Shown here one piece after another: positions 45,954 to 62,287 of a stretch of DNA of 64,000 bases; the stretch's first letter is position 1; each line of letters begins with the position of its first letter. Both the position numbers and the translations under genes were made by a program. Source of the DNA: the human T2T-CHM13v2.0 reference genome, Homo sapiens. The stretch lies in NCBI RefSeq assembly GCF_009914755.1, contig NC_060930.1; one strand, given 5' to 3'. The notes beneath the pieces were generated by a model, which had not been told where the DNA came from, did not search any database, and saw only the letters and a program-made list of their open reading frames with translations.

Positions 45954-46959
45954 CTGAGACAAAGCAAGGTGACCCCACAGCACAGGATGGACAGCCAAGC
46001 CAAGGGATGGAGGCAGCAGAAACCCAAAGGGCTAGAGCTCATTTGAGTTGAAGAGAAGCAGAGATCAGGAAATGAGTGTCGAGTTCTTTTTAAGAACATT
46101 GCTGGAGCTGGAGACCACCAGCTGCAGGTTTCAGCCCTGAAGAGCAACAGGGCAGCAGCTCTGGACAAGGGGCTGGCTGCTACAGATACACGGATTCCTG
46201 TCAGCGCAACCTGTGAACTGTCATGAGCCCAGGGCCTATCCATATCCCGTCAGCACAACATGGAACCAGCAAGTCACGTTCTTTTCCATGCTTTCACCTA
46301 GACCTCACTATCTCAACTAGGTTGAACTGGTGGAAGCTTGGGAGGGCCAATTTAGTTAAACAAAAGATAAAGAAATCCCCTTTTCTCTACATCTCAGCTG
46401 TACTATGAACTGACATATGTGATCCAGTTACATAATGTTTTTAATTGGCTATCCTCTTAATGGTGGTCATAATCTAGGGAGGAAATTAGATGCTTCCTGA
46501 TTCATCATAATAAGACAATTTATGATGAGAGCTTCAAGTGTTCATTAAGTTGGTTTGTTTTATCCAGGGGGCAGCAGTGAGCTTTGGCAATGCTATCAGC
46601 AAAGAAAGACACTGAATTGGTGCTCAGGACAGTGAGTGCTACTCAGAATGTCTTGGGAAGGCTGTTACAGTACTTTCAGGTGTATTTCTTATGGTTTTCA
46701 GGGCTGACTGAAAAAGGCTAATCTGTCAGGTTCGCAGCACCACAGCCCTGCCCTGCCATCTTCCTTTCTCCTTCCCCAACACTTTATACCTCCACATCCC
46801 CTCCTGATTCCAAGACGCCTGGCCTTGGCCGTCTCCTATAACTGATGCTCTCAGCAGTAGTGGTAGTAGAGATGACTTCCCTTTTGGTCTACTCACTCCC
46901 TTAATTGTCCAGCAATTCTTCATGTTGGTGATGTTGTTCTTAAGATTTGAAATATGCTG

Positions 46960-47410
46960 ATGATTTTCCATTGCCACCCCTGCCTGCCCTTCTCTGCCCT
47001 GTTTAGTGCCCAGAGAAACTGCCCCTTGGAATTGCTCATTCAGGCTCCCTTGTTGGCTGGCTTCCATTTGGGTTCTACCACTGTAGGTGCCTGGCCTGTT
47101 TGACCCTCCCTGTTTTTATGCACCCTCCCTGTCTCTGGCACCTGCTGCATCCCTTTTTGGCTACAGCCCTTGTTGGGGGCCTGTCCTCATCAGCCCCATT
47201 GCTTAATGGAATTTAGTGACACTATTACATTCCCCTTGTTCCTTCAGCCCTATGGACGGTGATGATTTCCAGCTATTGCCAGTCTCTGAATGCTTTAACA
47301 ACCCCTATTGTTTCCTTTAAACCTACCCACATGCTCATAATTTCTTCACTGAAATTCTTTATTCAGTCACAGGAGTTGGAGTCTGCTTCCTGCTGCAACC
47401 CTTCCTGATC
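46960..47410 (+). mobile_element. LTR33-like ERVL LTR
   Basis: ggctcccttgttggctggcttccatttgggtt...ccttcagccctatgg...aacctacccaca...tctgcttcctgctgcaacccttcctgat. Confidence 0.6.
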
Positions 47411-47479
47411 CTTTAAGTTAATCTCTAACTTGCTATTGGTGATGCTTCCTTTAAGCCTTGAGTTTTTCATAGTTCAGCC

Positions 47480-47650
47480 CACAAACATCTTGCTTTCAGA
47501 ATTGTCGTAGGTGCTTGCTAAAAATGCAATTTCCTGGGACCCATCTTTCTAATCAGAATCTCTAAGAGAGCCCAGTGGTGATGAGTGCATCTCCATCTTA
47601 ACACGCTCCTGAAGCTGAAGGACCTGATATGAGGCTCACCACTGCTGGGA
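47480..47650. mobile_element. MER5-like hAT-Charlie fragment
   Basis: gcttgctaaaaatgcaatttcctgggaccc...aatcagaatctct. Confidence 0.5.
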
Positions 47651-48089
47651 GTCAGCTAGTGCCTGAGAGCGTGTTCTTGGGAATGTCAGTAGCCTTCCAG
47701 AGCCCTCTGATCTCTGATAAAGCCCGTCTTTATTCATTAAGATTAATTACATGCATTTCAAGTGATTTAAACTTCTAAGAGAAAAAGGTATCTGTAAATA
47801 AGATATTTTTGAGCCAAACCCACCAAGTGTTTGGAGCCCTGCTGAACACGAATCTCAGTCTGCCTTCTTGGGAACACCAAAAGCGTGAATATCAAAGGGG
47901 AGGTGAAAGTTCAGGCCAGTGTACTCAGGTTTGAAATGGTCTCTTTTAGAAAGCCACTCCTGTTCCTCCAGCACTCACTCTTTGGGATCCTTACAGAATT
48001 CAGAACTGCAGGAAACAACCGCCTAGTTATTCTCGACTTCCATTTATTAACTTTACAGAAGGGAAACTGAGCAAAAGGCTGCCCAGAGG

Positions 48090-48523
48090 CTCACTCTGAG
48101 GTTTCTGGAGGTCAAAGTCTAGGCCCAGATGTGCTGGAGCTTCTGCTCAGGGTCTCATACAACTGAAATAAAGGTGTCAGCCAGGCTGCATTCCTTTCTG
48201 GAGATCAGCAGAATTCAGTTCCTTGTGATTGCAAAACTGAGGCTCCAGTTCTTTCACTGACCATGCACCTGGGGTGCTCCCAAGTCTTAGAGGCTGTCCG
48301 GCAGTTCCTGGGCATGTGGCCTCCTCCATGAGCCCTGTCTCACTCAGGCTTAATGGATAATCTCCCTTTTATGAACTCAAAGTCAACTGATGAGTAACCT
48401 CATCATAAAGTAATATGCCTTCATCTTCACAGCTTCTGCCCACACAAGATGGGAGGGAATTATACAAGACATATATACCAGGGACAGGAATCATGGGGAC
48501 ATCTTAAAACCCTGGCTATCACC
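48090..48523 (-). mobile_element. MaLR LTR (MLT1D/E-like)
   Basis: ctgctcagggtctcatacaactgaaataaaggtgtcagccaggctgc...gcagaattcagttccttgtg...aaagtcaactgat. Confidence 0.72.
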
Positions 48524-48613
48524 AGGGCTTGCCTTAAAGCAGCATATTAATAGCAAACATTTATTGAGTGCCAAACACTGGTCTAAGCCCTATACACATG
48601 TTAACTCATATAA

Positions 48614-49014
<401 letters not shown>

Positions 49015-49446
49015 AACACCCTGTTTTTATAGGCAAATCACTTGAGGGATCTGAGGATAAATGCAAATTAGAAATAAGGCTTAATTCTCCCTGTTGAAAA
49101 TAAGGGAAGGAGCATCCCACCCTTTCCTTTTCTTCAGAGTTTCTTTCTCTGTCCTTGTCAAATGTATGTAAACCTTTTTAATGGCTAACTAAACCTCTGG
49201 CCAGTGTCAATACTCAGGAATGTTTCCTGAAGTATCTGAGAGGCTTCTCTTTGAACTATAATCAAGGAAGATAACAGCCAGTCTCCCTGTGTCCTGGGAA
49301 GAGATAGGCCTACCTGTCACCTGACTCAAATGGCAAAACCTACCCAAGGTAATGGGTTGGATCCACTTGGCTATATAAAAGAATGAAATTGCTTTCTTTA
49401 TAACCCCTTCAGCAGGTTGCCTGTCTGTGATACACATCACATTCTC

Positions 49447-49812
<366 letters not shown>

Positions 49813-49837
49813 TAAAGAGGTTTTCTGGATTTGGAGG

Positions 49838-50204
49838 TGATATGGTTTGGCTCTGTGTCCCCACCCAAATCTCATCTTGTAGCTCCAATAATTCCCATGT
49901 GTTGTGGGCGGGACGTGGTAGGAGATGATCGAATCATGGGTGCGGGTCTCTCCCATGCTGTTCTCGTGATAGTGAATGGGTCTCACAAGATCTGATGGTT
50001 TTAAAAATGGGAGTGTATCTGCATAAGCTCTCTTTGCATGCCGCCATTCACATAACATGTGACTTGCTCCTCCTTCCCTTCCACCATGATTGTGAGGCCT
50101 CCCCATCCACTTGAAGCTGTGAGTTCTCCATTAAACCTCTTTTCTTTGTAAATTTCCCAGTCTCAGGTATGTCTTTAACAACAGCACGAAAACAGACTAA
50201 TACA
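49838..50204 (+). mobile_element. THE1 (A/B) solo LTR
   Basis: TGATATGGTTTGGCTCTGTGTCCCCACCCAAATCTCATCTTG...AAACAGACTAATACA; 5-bp TSD GGAGG/GGAGA. Confidence 0.92.
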
Positions 50205-50444
50205 GGAGATTCTGTTTTTAATTATATTTCCCTAATAGGTGCAGAAAAGTTAAGTAACTTGTCAGTGACACCTTGCTACTGAGTGGCAGAGTTTACACTG
50301 TGAACCCAGGTCTCTGGCTCTAGCTCTAAAGTCCATGTACCTATCCACCTCGTAAATCTTACAGTTTTACCAGAAATAGTTTGGAGTATCCACCTATTCT
50401 TTACCTGAAGCTTCCCCATACACCTATTAATGACCAGTGAGGCC

Positions 50445-50660
50445 TCCATATCTAAACCTTCAGATCAGGGTTTGGAGCCATGTAATGTGTTGTGGTGTGG
50501 GCTACCTTGTGCATTTATAGGATGTTTAGCAGCATCCTTGGCCTTTACCCATGAGAAACCAGTAAGGTACCAGGATGTGACAATCAAACATGTCTCCAAA
50601 CATTGTCATACATTTTGAGGGAAAAGGGACAAAATCACCACAAGCTGAGAACCAGTCCTT
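50445..50660 (+). mobile_element. MER20 (hAT-Charlie)
   Basis: tgtgcatttataggatgtttagcagcatccttggcctttacccatgag...gtgacaatcaaacatgtctccaaacattgtca...gctgagaacca. Confidence 0.8.
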
Positions 50661-52488
50661 TAGTGGACACACACACACACACACACCACTTGCTTGGCAG
50701 GGAGACAGGGAAAAAGAGAAGAGGACCTATAGTTGGGAGAAAGGCTTTGACTTTCACACAGTGACTAGAAGCCAATGGCCTGGTAGCTGAGGCTGCAGCC
50801 TCCTAAATCTTGCTTTTTCAGAAACAAGAAGAAAAGGGTTGGGTTAGCAGTGGTCTCATGAATCTTTCTTCCCATTCTTTCTTTCTGGTTGGATTGGAAA
50901 AGTTAAGTGTCTGAGAAGAGTTAATCACAATAAAAATAATTTCTCTTTAACAAAGATTTGGGCTCCTCTACCTTGTACTGTATTTCCCTTTATTCTTTAG
51001 TGAAATTTGAAGTTTTGTTAAATCCTCTAAAGGATCATTGGCAGGAAAAATAATGAGTTTGGTCAAAGACTCTAACTTCAGACTTTCTACAGCTGCAGAC
51101 CACAGCAAGAAGGTGACTTCACCTTGGAAAATTCTCAACTGAAAGCCTGGGAACAATCAAATGAAACGTTTTTTTCCAAAAGATTATATGCTGCCCATAG
51201 TCAAGCATTTGTCTTTCTTAAACTAACCAAAACGTACAGAATTATCTTTTGGAACTAGATGATTTATGAATTGAAAACAAACCTAATGTACTTTCACTCC
51301 CTTGCCTGAACATCCTGTACTTTAAATATGTCAGAACCTTACTGTTTTTGTTCTGGGCTCTTTCCTTCCAAGCTGTATAAAGGACTATTCCTTTCACACA
51401 GTCAGCAAATAATAAGCACATATCAAAGATGTGCTATCTTACAAACACTTTAGGAAAACAAAGAATGGTAAGATCCAGTCTCTCTTCTCTCAAGTTAGGT
51501 CACTGCTGTGAGAGACCAGCTTTATATTTGAAGTGAAAAAGCATTTGCAAAATTTTCTAATCTAGGAGCTTTTCTACTCAGAAACAGGTTTGGTTTTCAA
51601 AGTTTATTCATCAATCCTTTTGTTTATAAGTAAAAGGAGACCAAAAGTGTTTAATATTGTATTACTTCTTGATGTATTCCTACCAAACAGAAGAAGGAAT
51701 GATTTCTTTCATGCTTTGAAAGTTGGCATACATTTTCTCTTTACTTGGATATGTTGCAGTTGCCTCAGGCATCTCCTTTCTGAAATCAAGCAATTTCAAT
51801 TACAATAAAGACCTGTTGAGGAAAACCACCTCTTATTGATGGTTTTTCCAATGTTCTATGAAGTCCCTGAGCAAGTATATTTTGATGTTATGTAAATCCC
51901 AACAGGCATTACATTTATGAAACCCTAGTCACATTTTTCCATGCTTAACTTTGGACTTTTAAACCTGCACTCTAGACTTCTCCTAAATTAACTGTAGGCT
52001 ACCTGCCTTGGCTGGGAGACCCGGTGGACCCTATTTGATTTTTGCTACCACAAGCCAAACGCAAAGCCTTGACACTGATCCCTCCAATACTTTCCACCAC
52101 TACGTGGCTGCCAAGGTCAAAAGCTGCCTTCAAGGTCTCCAAGACAGGGATCATAGGAAGCTTGTAACCTTGGAAAAATCCCCAGTGAATTGTTGCTGAC
52201 GTCACTGAATAATGTGAGGATAGGCTGATCTGACCTCTCGGCTTCTCAAAAGCCCAGTTCCTGGCGGGCGTTCTTTGGCCTTCAGGAATCTCCTGCTTTC
52301 CTTTCCTTTGGCAGAAGGCCAGTCTAGCAAGGGTCTGGATGGTTATCATGATATGGCCCTCCAGGAAGTCGCTGTGAAATCTTTCACTTCTTGCCTGATT
52401 TGCTATATCTTAGTGGGGGAAATGGCCTGGACCTCAGGCATGTACTCAAGAGTATGGCTGACACTCACATTTGCTACGATTGACCCAA

Positions 52489-52521
52489 CTCTCTCTCTCT
52501 ATATATATTTGATATATAGAG

Positions 52522-52561
<40 letters not shown>

Positions 52562-52576
52562 ACACATGCATATATA
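52489..52576. repeat. Compound (CT)(TA)(CA) microsatellite
   Basis: ctctctctctct atatatat ... (ca)n. Confidence 0.9.
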
Positions 52577-53175
52577 AGACATATGATATATTTTTCCCCA
52601 TTTCATCAGATTTTTATTCCTTCTATTACTGATTGTTGAGCAGTATATGTATGTGTTGCTTTTCACTGGTTGCATAATTCATTCTTTGTGCTTTAGAATA
52701 TTTCCCACTGTCCAACAATGTATCTAGTTTGCCCTGCAACATTTGCCATTTTCTCATAATTTTCATTGTGTTATCTGTACCTACATTTTTGTCACAATGA
52801 CACACTTCTTCTAAAAGAATGATCCTAAAGCATCTTTGTAACTAAACCTCATCTTAGAGAAAAAACTCAATGGCATAAACTGACTGCGCAAAACTATTGA
52901 TACCATCATTTGGTGCAAGCACAGTTGAAGTGCCTTTCTGGAATAATTTTAGTCTATTTAGGTTTAAAAATTATTTAGTGGAAATAACTTATCTGGTGTT
53001 AATTTGGAGGCAGTTAACTCATCATTCATCATTTATCTTCTCCTCAACTCTTAGAAGATACTGCAGTGTAAGTGCAAGAGGAATGGACTAGGAATCAAGG
53101 TACCTGTGCAAAAACAACAAAAAAGATCCTGAACCATTCCTCTCCTCTAGCTGTACTTTTGCACAAATATCTGCA

Positions 53176-53403
53176 CTAGTATCATTCAATAGAATTTTCC
53201 ACAATGATGTAAATTCTCTATACCCCTACTGCCCAATACTGTGTGCCCAACATAATAAAGTGTCACTGGCCCCATGTGATTATTGAGCACTTAAAATGTG
53301 ACTAGAGTGACTGAAGAACTAAATTTTTCACTTAATTTAATTTTAATTAATTTAAATTTAAATAGCCATACAAAGTGAGTGGCTACTGGATTGGACAAGG
53401 CAG
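53176..53403. mobile_element. MER3-like hAT-Charlie
   Basis: caatagaattttccacaatgatg...catgtgattattgagcacttaaaatgtgactag...aatttaaatagcca...gtggctactggattggaca. Confidence 0.78.
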
Positions 53404-53404
53404 G

Positions 53405-53815
53405 TCATATGGTTTGGATCTGTGTCCCTGCCCAAATCTCACGTCAAATTGTAATCCCCAGTGTTGGAGGTGGGGCCTCGTAGGAGGTGATTGGATCACA
53501 GGGTTGGATTCTTCATAAATGGTTTAGCAACATCCCCTCAGTGTTATTCTTGTGGTCATGTGTTATCATGAGATCTGGTTGTTTAAAAGTGTATAACAAC
53601 TGCCCCTCTCTCTCTTCCTTCTGCTCTGGCCATGTGAGATGTCTCACTCCCCCTTTGCCTTCCACCATGATTGGAAGCTTCCTGAGGACTACCCAGAAGC
53701 AGAGGCTGCTATGTTTCCTGTACAACCTGCAGATCTGTGAGCCAACTAAATCTCTTTTCCTTATAAGTTACCCAGTCTCAGATATTTCTTTATAGCAATG
53801 CGAGAACAGACTATT
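53405..53815 (+). mobile_element. MST (MSTA-like) solo LTR
   Basis: atatggtttggatctgtgtccctgcccaaatctca...ttgtaatccccagtgttggaggtggggcc...ctttatagcaatgcgagaacagacta. Confidence 0.88.
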
Positions 53816-56326
53816 GTAACTAACAGGCCTATGATTAATTTCTTGCAATTAAGTGACGAAGACTTTCAAACCACAAACTTTACAAATATCTTCCCCCATA
53901 TTAGGTCTATTGTGAGTGAAACAACTGAAGTTTAGCACCTGGTTCACATCACCAGAATGAAATTATTAGTCCTGTTTACTAACAGAGTGCTGGTAGAAAG
54001 TCAGTTAGTATTTCCCAATGGGCTGGTGAAGCATTGCTGTATCTAAGCAAGAAAAGGTATAGACTTCATGTCACATGTGCATGGTTTTTGTTAGAACTGC
54101 TTGCGATGGGTTATCCAAGTGGAAAGGATAACCGTGTCCAAAGACATTGAATCCCAGCTCTAACTTTCTCAGGCTTTCTAAGTCTCCATTCAAATCTCCC
54201 TGAATATTCACCAGTTCTAGAAAACAAAGGAAGTAAAAAATAAAAGCAAGGGGCAGGGCGAGAAGCAAAACAGTGAGAGTCCAAGAAGTCAGCAGAAAAA
54301 CATACTTTTGTAAATTGGACCGGTTAGCAACAAAATCATCTGATTCAATGTAGGTAAGGTTGGCACTGCATCAAGGTATGGGAGTTCCCTCCTTGCCCTG
54401 GTTTGACCCTTCCTTCCAGGATGGACCTCTGGGACTCGCTCTTTCCATCCAGTTGCTCCTCCAGAGCCTCTTGGGTTCAGCTTTGGTCCCTGCAGGTGAA
54501 AAGCCCTTTTTCTTTTGTTTCTAGACTGTTCACTTCTTGCTTCAAACTGTGGTGCACTGCTCTTACAAGGTTCTACTTCGCTTTCTTCTCAGGCTATTGC
54601 ACTGTTTGGGGCTCCTAAAAGTCCACCTGTATCCCTGTCCCATTAATCTTTATACAGGGTAGTTTACCTGAAGCATGTTTAACAACATGTAGTAACATGC
54701 AAGGATATTGAAACATGGTTTTATTTCTCCCATGTTTGGAATGAAATAGCTGCTGAATAAATATTTTGTGAGTGACTCATAACCTGGGAACATGGAAGTT
54801 GTAGAATGAATGATCAAGCCCCTCCCAATCAAAGAATTGATGTCACCATCACCCACTTCACAAATGTGTCACAGCTACCAAAATGCTTTAAACATTTGTA
54901 ACAGGAATAACATTTTTGAGGCATTAAGTAAATATTTATTTGTTTCTGGTGATTCCTTTTCCCTAATTGTCTTATATGTCATTACCTATTGAACTAATGG
55001 GCAGAATCCAGTGAGAATGAGAGCCATTACTGTTCTTCGTGTAAAAATGGGTCTTAGAAAATTACAGGTAGACTAAAGCCTGCAAGCATACACCACTGTT
55101 CTGCAGAGGCCATGCTTTACTCAGAAAAAAAAAAAAAAAAGATTTAAAAAGACACTTGTGTGGTCTGAGGAGCTGAATGCTGGGGGCCGATCAAGGGGTA
55201 GGTATGGACAGCACTGGCCACAGAAGGGTTCCCCCACGACAGCCCCACGGCAGCCTTCCTGGGCTGTGGAAAGGAGCCGAATGAGAGGGAGGAAGATGGG
55301 GAAGGGCCATCATAGGGCAGTCAGAGAGGTCTGGGGGTAATCTGTGAGCACAGTGTAAGCCAGGAAAACAGCCAGTCTTTCACAGACTTCCAGTCATCTA
55401 GAACTGGAGAACCAGCCTGGGGCAACTCCCACGGTCTCACGTGCTGCAATATAGAAATAAGACAGCAACAGGAGGATGGGGTGGGGGCAGGAGGGAGGAT
55501 GTAGGTGCAAGTAGGACCGTCCGAGTAGATGGGGACAGGGTGCAGAGTCCAGGCCTACACGTACAGTGTAAGCAGGCCCCTGACATCAGCCAGGAACTCC
55601 AGCTCAGCACCTGAGGTGCATGGGGCTAATCACTCCTCTGCGTACAGCAGAGCTCAGAGAGCAGGCTCCTCAGGAGAAGCCATGAGTCTGCAGAGGGCAA
55701 CACAAGGTCAGAGCCCCTCCTCTCTCTGCCAGCCCACAATTCTCTCACCTAGGAATAGAAGGAGGAAGAGAGGAACTCTTGGGAGGGGAGAAACTGCCCT
55801 GGAAGAGGGTTTCAACTTTCAATGGACTGAATATTTACCCCCAAAGAACTATTTTAGCCCAGAAAGACTGGAAATTGTCAAGAAAATTGTCAAGAATGGA
55901 AATTGTCAAGACACTGCTGTCAATGAAAACAGGGGCTCCGGGCAAGATGAGCTCAGTGAAGGAAAATAAAGATGCACTTCTTTATTTTTTATTTATGCAC
56001 ATGTGATTCATATGTGTGAATTTTGACCCCACTACAAATACATCAATTAGTTTCCTATCAATATGTTAAGAGAAAAAAATGCTTCCCACTCCCCAAATTA
56101 AAAGCAATGATTACCAGATTGTGTCTTAAATCTAGAAAACGTCCCCATTCAATATATGTGCTCTTTATTATGGGCTCCCCATTCAATACTAGGCTCTTAC
56201 TGTATACCATGCAATGTGCAAGCTCCGTAAGTTCAGATTAAACATGTAATGTTCATATAGGACACTGAGAGCAAACAATCTTCACAGCCAGAGAAAACAA
56301 AAAGATCCTTAGAAAGATTATACCTG

Positions 56327-56742
<416 letters not shown>

Positions 56743-57029
56743 TTATTAGTTAGAATATTTTAAAAACAAATGTCCTCATCCTGCTTCTAGCAAGACCCCA
56801 GAGCAAGCTGATGCAAGTGCTCATTGGTCACCTGCATGTTGCAATTTGATATTTACAGTTAGCACCCCTACCTCGAACTCTTCCTCATAACCTATATATG
56901 GCTGTTTAAATTACCATTTTAGTCCTTAAAGTCAAGCAGTATCTGTATACGCAAAATTATATTCCTAAAATCATCGTACGTACGTTACCATTAACAATAG
57001 CTTAAGGTTATTACGTGAGTTATAGTTTA

Positions 57030-57180
57030 CACTGAGATTCACAGAATTATTTAACCTGGATGGCAGGTTGGACGTATTTTGCACCCATTTTGCAGATGAG
57101 GAAATAGAGGCACCTTTGTTCAACAGTCTTTCTCAACAAAGATTAACCCAGATCTTTAGACTTGTGGACCTGCACCACCA
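57030..57180 (-). mobile_element. MIR
   Basis: cccattttgcagatgaggaaatagaggcac. Confidence 0.6.
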
Positions 57181-57944
57181 GCCCATTCAAATATCTGCTT
57201 GCCTGCTGCCATTCCTAGGATAACTGATTTGGACTTTGCTACTTATCTATAGATTCTTTCTGCTTTAAAAGTGTAGCATAGCTCTAGATCCACTGTTTGC
57301 CCAAAAACTTCCCTTATCTACCTTGCCCACACTAAACTCCCCTTTCTCTGAATGCCCACAACACATCCTCTTGACATTGCTATTTTGTAATCCATCATGT
57401 TCTTCCTTGAAACAACTCTTAAACTCTTACTTACCTTTCCAAATGCTTACATCTTGTTGCCCCCAACTAGATAGAGCTCCTCAAGGATCTTTTCCTGTCC
57501 ATTTGCCCCATACTCCCTTGCAGACTTGGCACACAAGTTCTCATATATTTCTGGTTTTATTGATTAACTAAAACACTTCAATTTCTCTCCCTAAACCTCT
57601 GGGAAAAGGGAAGAACTCCCCAAAGCGGACAACCACACTGACAAAGCCAATGTTCTGCTTCACAATTCGGCATGTGACCGTCCCTGCCAAGACCCCAGAA
57701 ATTAATTTATTATTTAACCAAAGCCAGTGATTATTGCATAATTTCATCCTTCCAATCAAGAATGCTGCTCTTTATTTAATGACTGAGACCTACTTACTTA
57801 GCTTCCAAATATGGTAGTAATTACTTGATATACAGATTAATGCATTCCCAGGCTAGTGCCTTGCACAGAACTATCAAATATAATTGGGGTTTCTAACCTT
57901 GTGACACAGCCCTACAAATTGCCTTCTTTATTTCCTTTTCTTAA

Positions 57945-58080
57945 AAAGTACGTTCAGTCTACTCTGGACTTTCCCATCTGTCGTCAGGTGACTTCCTGCT
58001 CTGTTAGCTGACCGTGAGTCACGTCGTTGCTGCACAGCACGTTCAGTGAGGCTGCCTCTGCGTGTGAGGCGACCAGGAGA
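57945..58080. promoter_or_regulatory. Candidate enhancer core (AP-1, ETS, kB-like, HRE/CRE-like motifs)
   Basis: TGGACTTTCCC 57965-57975, ACTTCCTG 57991-57998, TGAGTCA 58015-58021; 8 CpGs in ~120 bp; motif evidence only. Confidence 0.4.
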
Positions 58081-58701
58081 GGAAAGGACAGACTTGAGCT
58101 ATCAGACCTCTCTCCTGGTGGGATATTGTTTGTTTCCCCTACCCTGTTCATTTAAAACCTCTCAGTTATAAGCTTTGCTCCTCAGTTTATGCCTCTGTGA
58201 TGATGCTTCAAGAGACAGGGAAACCAGTTTCCTACATTCCAAAATAAAAATGACATTTTAAAAAGTCTATCCTTTTAGGCAATGAATCATTTATCCGGGC
58301 AACCCCTTTCGTCAAGGGTCTTCTTCCTTTCAGCCACATTTCGGGGATGTCTTCTGTAAGGCAAACGGTTGTGACCAAGTGCGTACTCTGGAATCCAAAT
58401 GATGCAAGTAGAGTTGAAAAGGAATTTCAAAATTACAGGAAAGGAGCTATGAGGGTAGAGAGGATGGGTTTAAAATACAAATAAGGAAACTTTGTGGATT
58501 GGGGAAGTCATTGGAGCAAAATAATGGGGAAGTTGGAGGCTCAAGAATAAACAACGTCTAGAAAGTTAGAGGAGTCTGGAGGGCACTTTTGCCTTCTGCA
58601 AATATCTTGTATATTATTTTGCTACGTGGGGGCTTAAATTCATTCTCATTAAAAGAAGATAAAGGAACAGTAACACTAGCCTGTCTCATCTGATGTTTTT
58701 A

Positions 58702-58883
58702 GGTTTGTTTGTTTTTATTATTATTATTTCTTTTTAGAGACAGGGTCTTGCTCTGTTGCCCAGGCTGGCATGCAGTGGCATGATCATAGCTCACTGCAGC
58801 CTTGAAATTCTGGACTCAAGCAATCCTCCCACCTCAGCCTCCCAAAGTGCTGGGATAATAGGCATGAGCCGCCATGCCTAGCC
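58702..58883 (-). mobile_element. Monomeric AluJ (left-arm head fused to right-arm body)
   Basis: TSD TGTTTTTAG on both sides; cccaaagtgctggga head continuous with gctcactgcagcc right-arm sequence. Confidence 0.8.
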
Positions 58884-60302
58884 TGTTTTTAGTTATTATT
58901 TATTTTTTCTTTTTTGGGACAGGGTTTCACTATTTGGCCCAAGCAGGCTTAACACACTTCCACTTAATATGCTAATAAAGTAATCAGTATTTGGATAAAA
59001 AGTTGGCTAAACATAGAAATAATAATCTAAACTCAATGTAATAATTTACAGATCATTTGGGGATTCTAAACAGGACACAGACATCTATTAGCTGAATAAT
59101 AACTAGCATGTGTATAGCCAACTTCTTTATGCCAATCTTTCTGGATTGGTGATATTATGGATTTGTGTTGGAGAAATAAATGTATCCATTAACATTTTAG
59201 ATCAGCACTTTTAAGCCCCAAATAAAAAAGGATATGCATTGATTAGGGTTGTATCTTTACAACATTCAATGAAGTTATTCTTGGCATCCTGTTTTGGAGA
59301 AATTGGATCTGCACTTGTAGGTATGTTTACATGTCTTCTTTAAATAGAAGATTTCAGGTTTTTTTTTTCTTCTCATAAGGCCTAGTGATATATGGGTGCT
59401 CTTCAAATGTTCATTTTATAACAGTTTAAAAATCTCAGTAATGTAGAGTGGGAATCTAGTACTATTGAATTAAATTGGAAAGCTCTGCATTTTTATTAAG
59501 GAAAAGCTTCACCAATTATTTAGAATGAATTGCTCCAAGATTCTCCATTGGCTTTCATTTAGGAAGACCCTGTCATAGGGTTTGGACATCGTAGTTGTTT
59601 CTGGATTACTATGGAAATATGATGGTCATTCTCTAAGGCTGAACCTATTATTCCTAGAAAGGAGGTGAGTAATAACATCTTCAACTAAAATCAATGTGGA
59701 ATCATAAGGAAAAATCTTGTGAATCTTTCAATTAAGAAGAAATCACCTTTTAAGGTAACATATTCTGTAGACAATTTTTCTGCCTTCTTCAATATGACCT
59801 TAGAGGGCTAGTTCCAGTGACTAAACCCCCAACCAGGCAAAGCTAAAATTCTGTCTTGACTCAAAAGCAGAATTCCACTACCTGAGTCACCTACAAAACT
59901 TCAACAGCACCCTGGATTTTCCTGAAAGCATCCCCAGCCAAGGATTGAGCAGGTTTAGGCATGTTCTCTTATGAAACCAGCTGATGACACAGTTACAGGG
60001 ACTATGGCTCAAAAGTTATGGGCTGGGTTAGTGCCAACCCTGGTATAGTGCCCTCCATTAAGTACTGAGAATGCTCATCTCTAAATATCAAGACACTGTT
60101 TGAGATGAAATATCTATGTGGACTGCTCATGGCAAACACACCACTTTTAGATCTATCCTTTCACGATATGAAGTGTATTTCATCCACGTTGGCTTAATTC
60201 CATCCAATTCCCATGAAGTACATGTTCATTTTCAGCTGCATTTGCTCATTTGCTTTTAATACTTCTTCTCTCTGGCTCGCTTCTAGGTAGAGAATCATTT
60301 CT

Positions 60303-61768
<1,466 letters not shown>

Positions 61769-61786
61769 TCAAAACTAATTAGAGCG

Positions 61787-62287
<501 letters not shown>

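Noticed and set aside
55529-55969. 146-aa ORF
   Set aside because: No recognisable domain or coding-like composition; the length is compatible with chance in a GC-richer patch.
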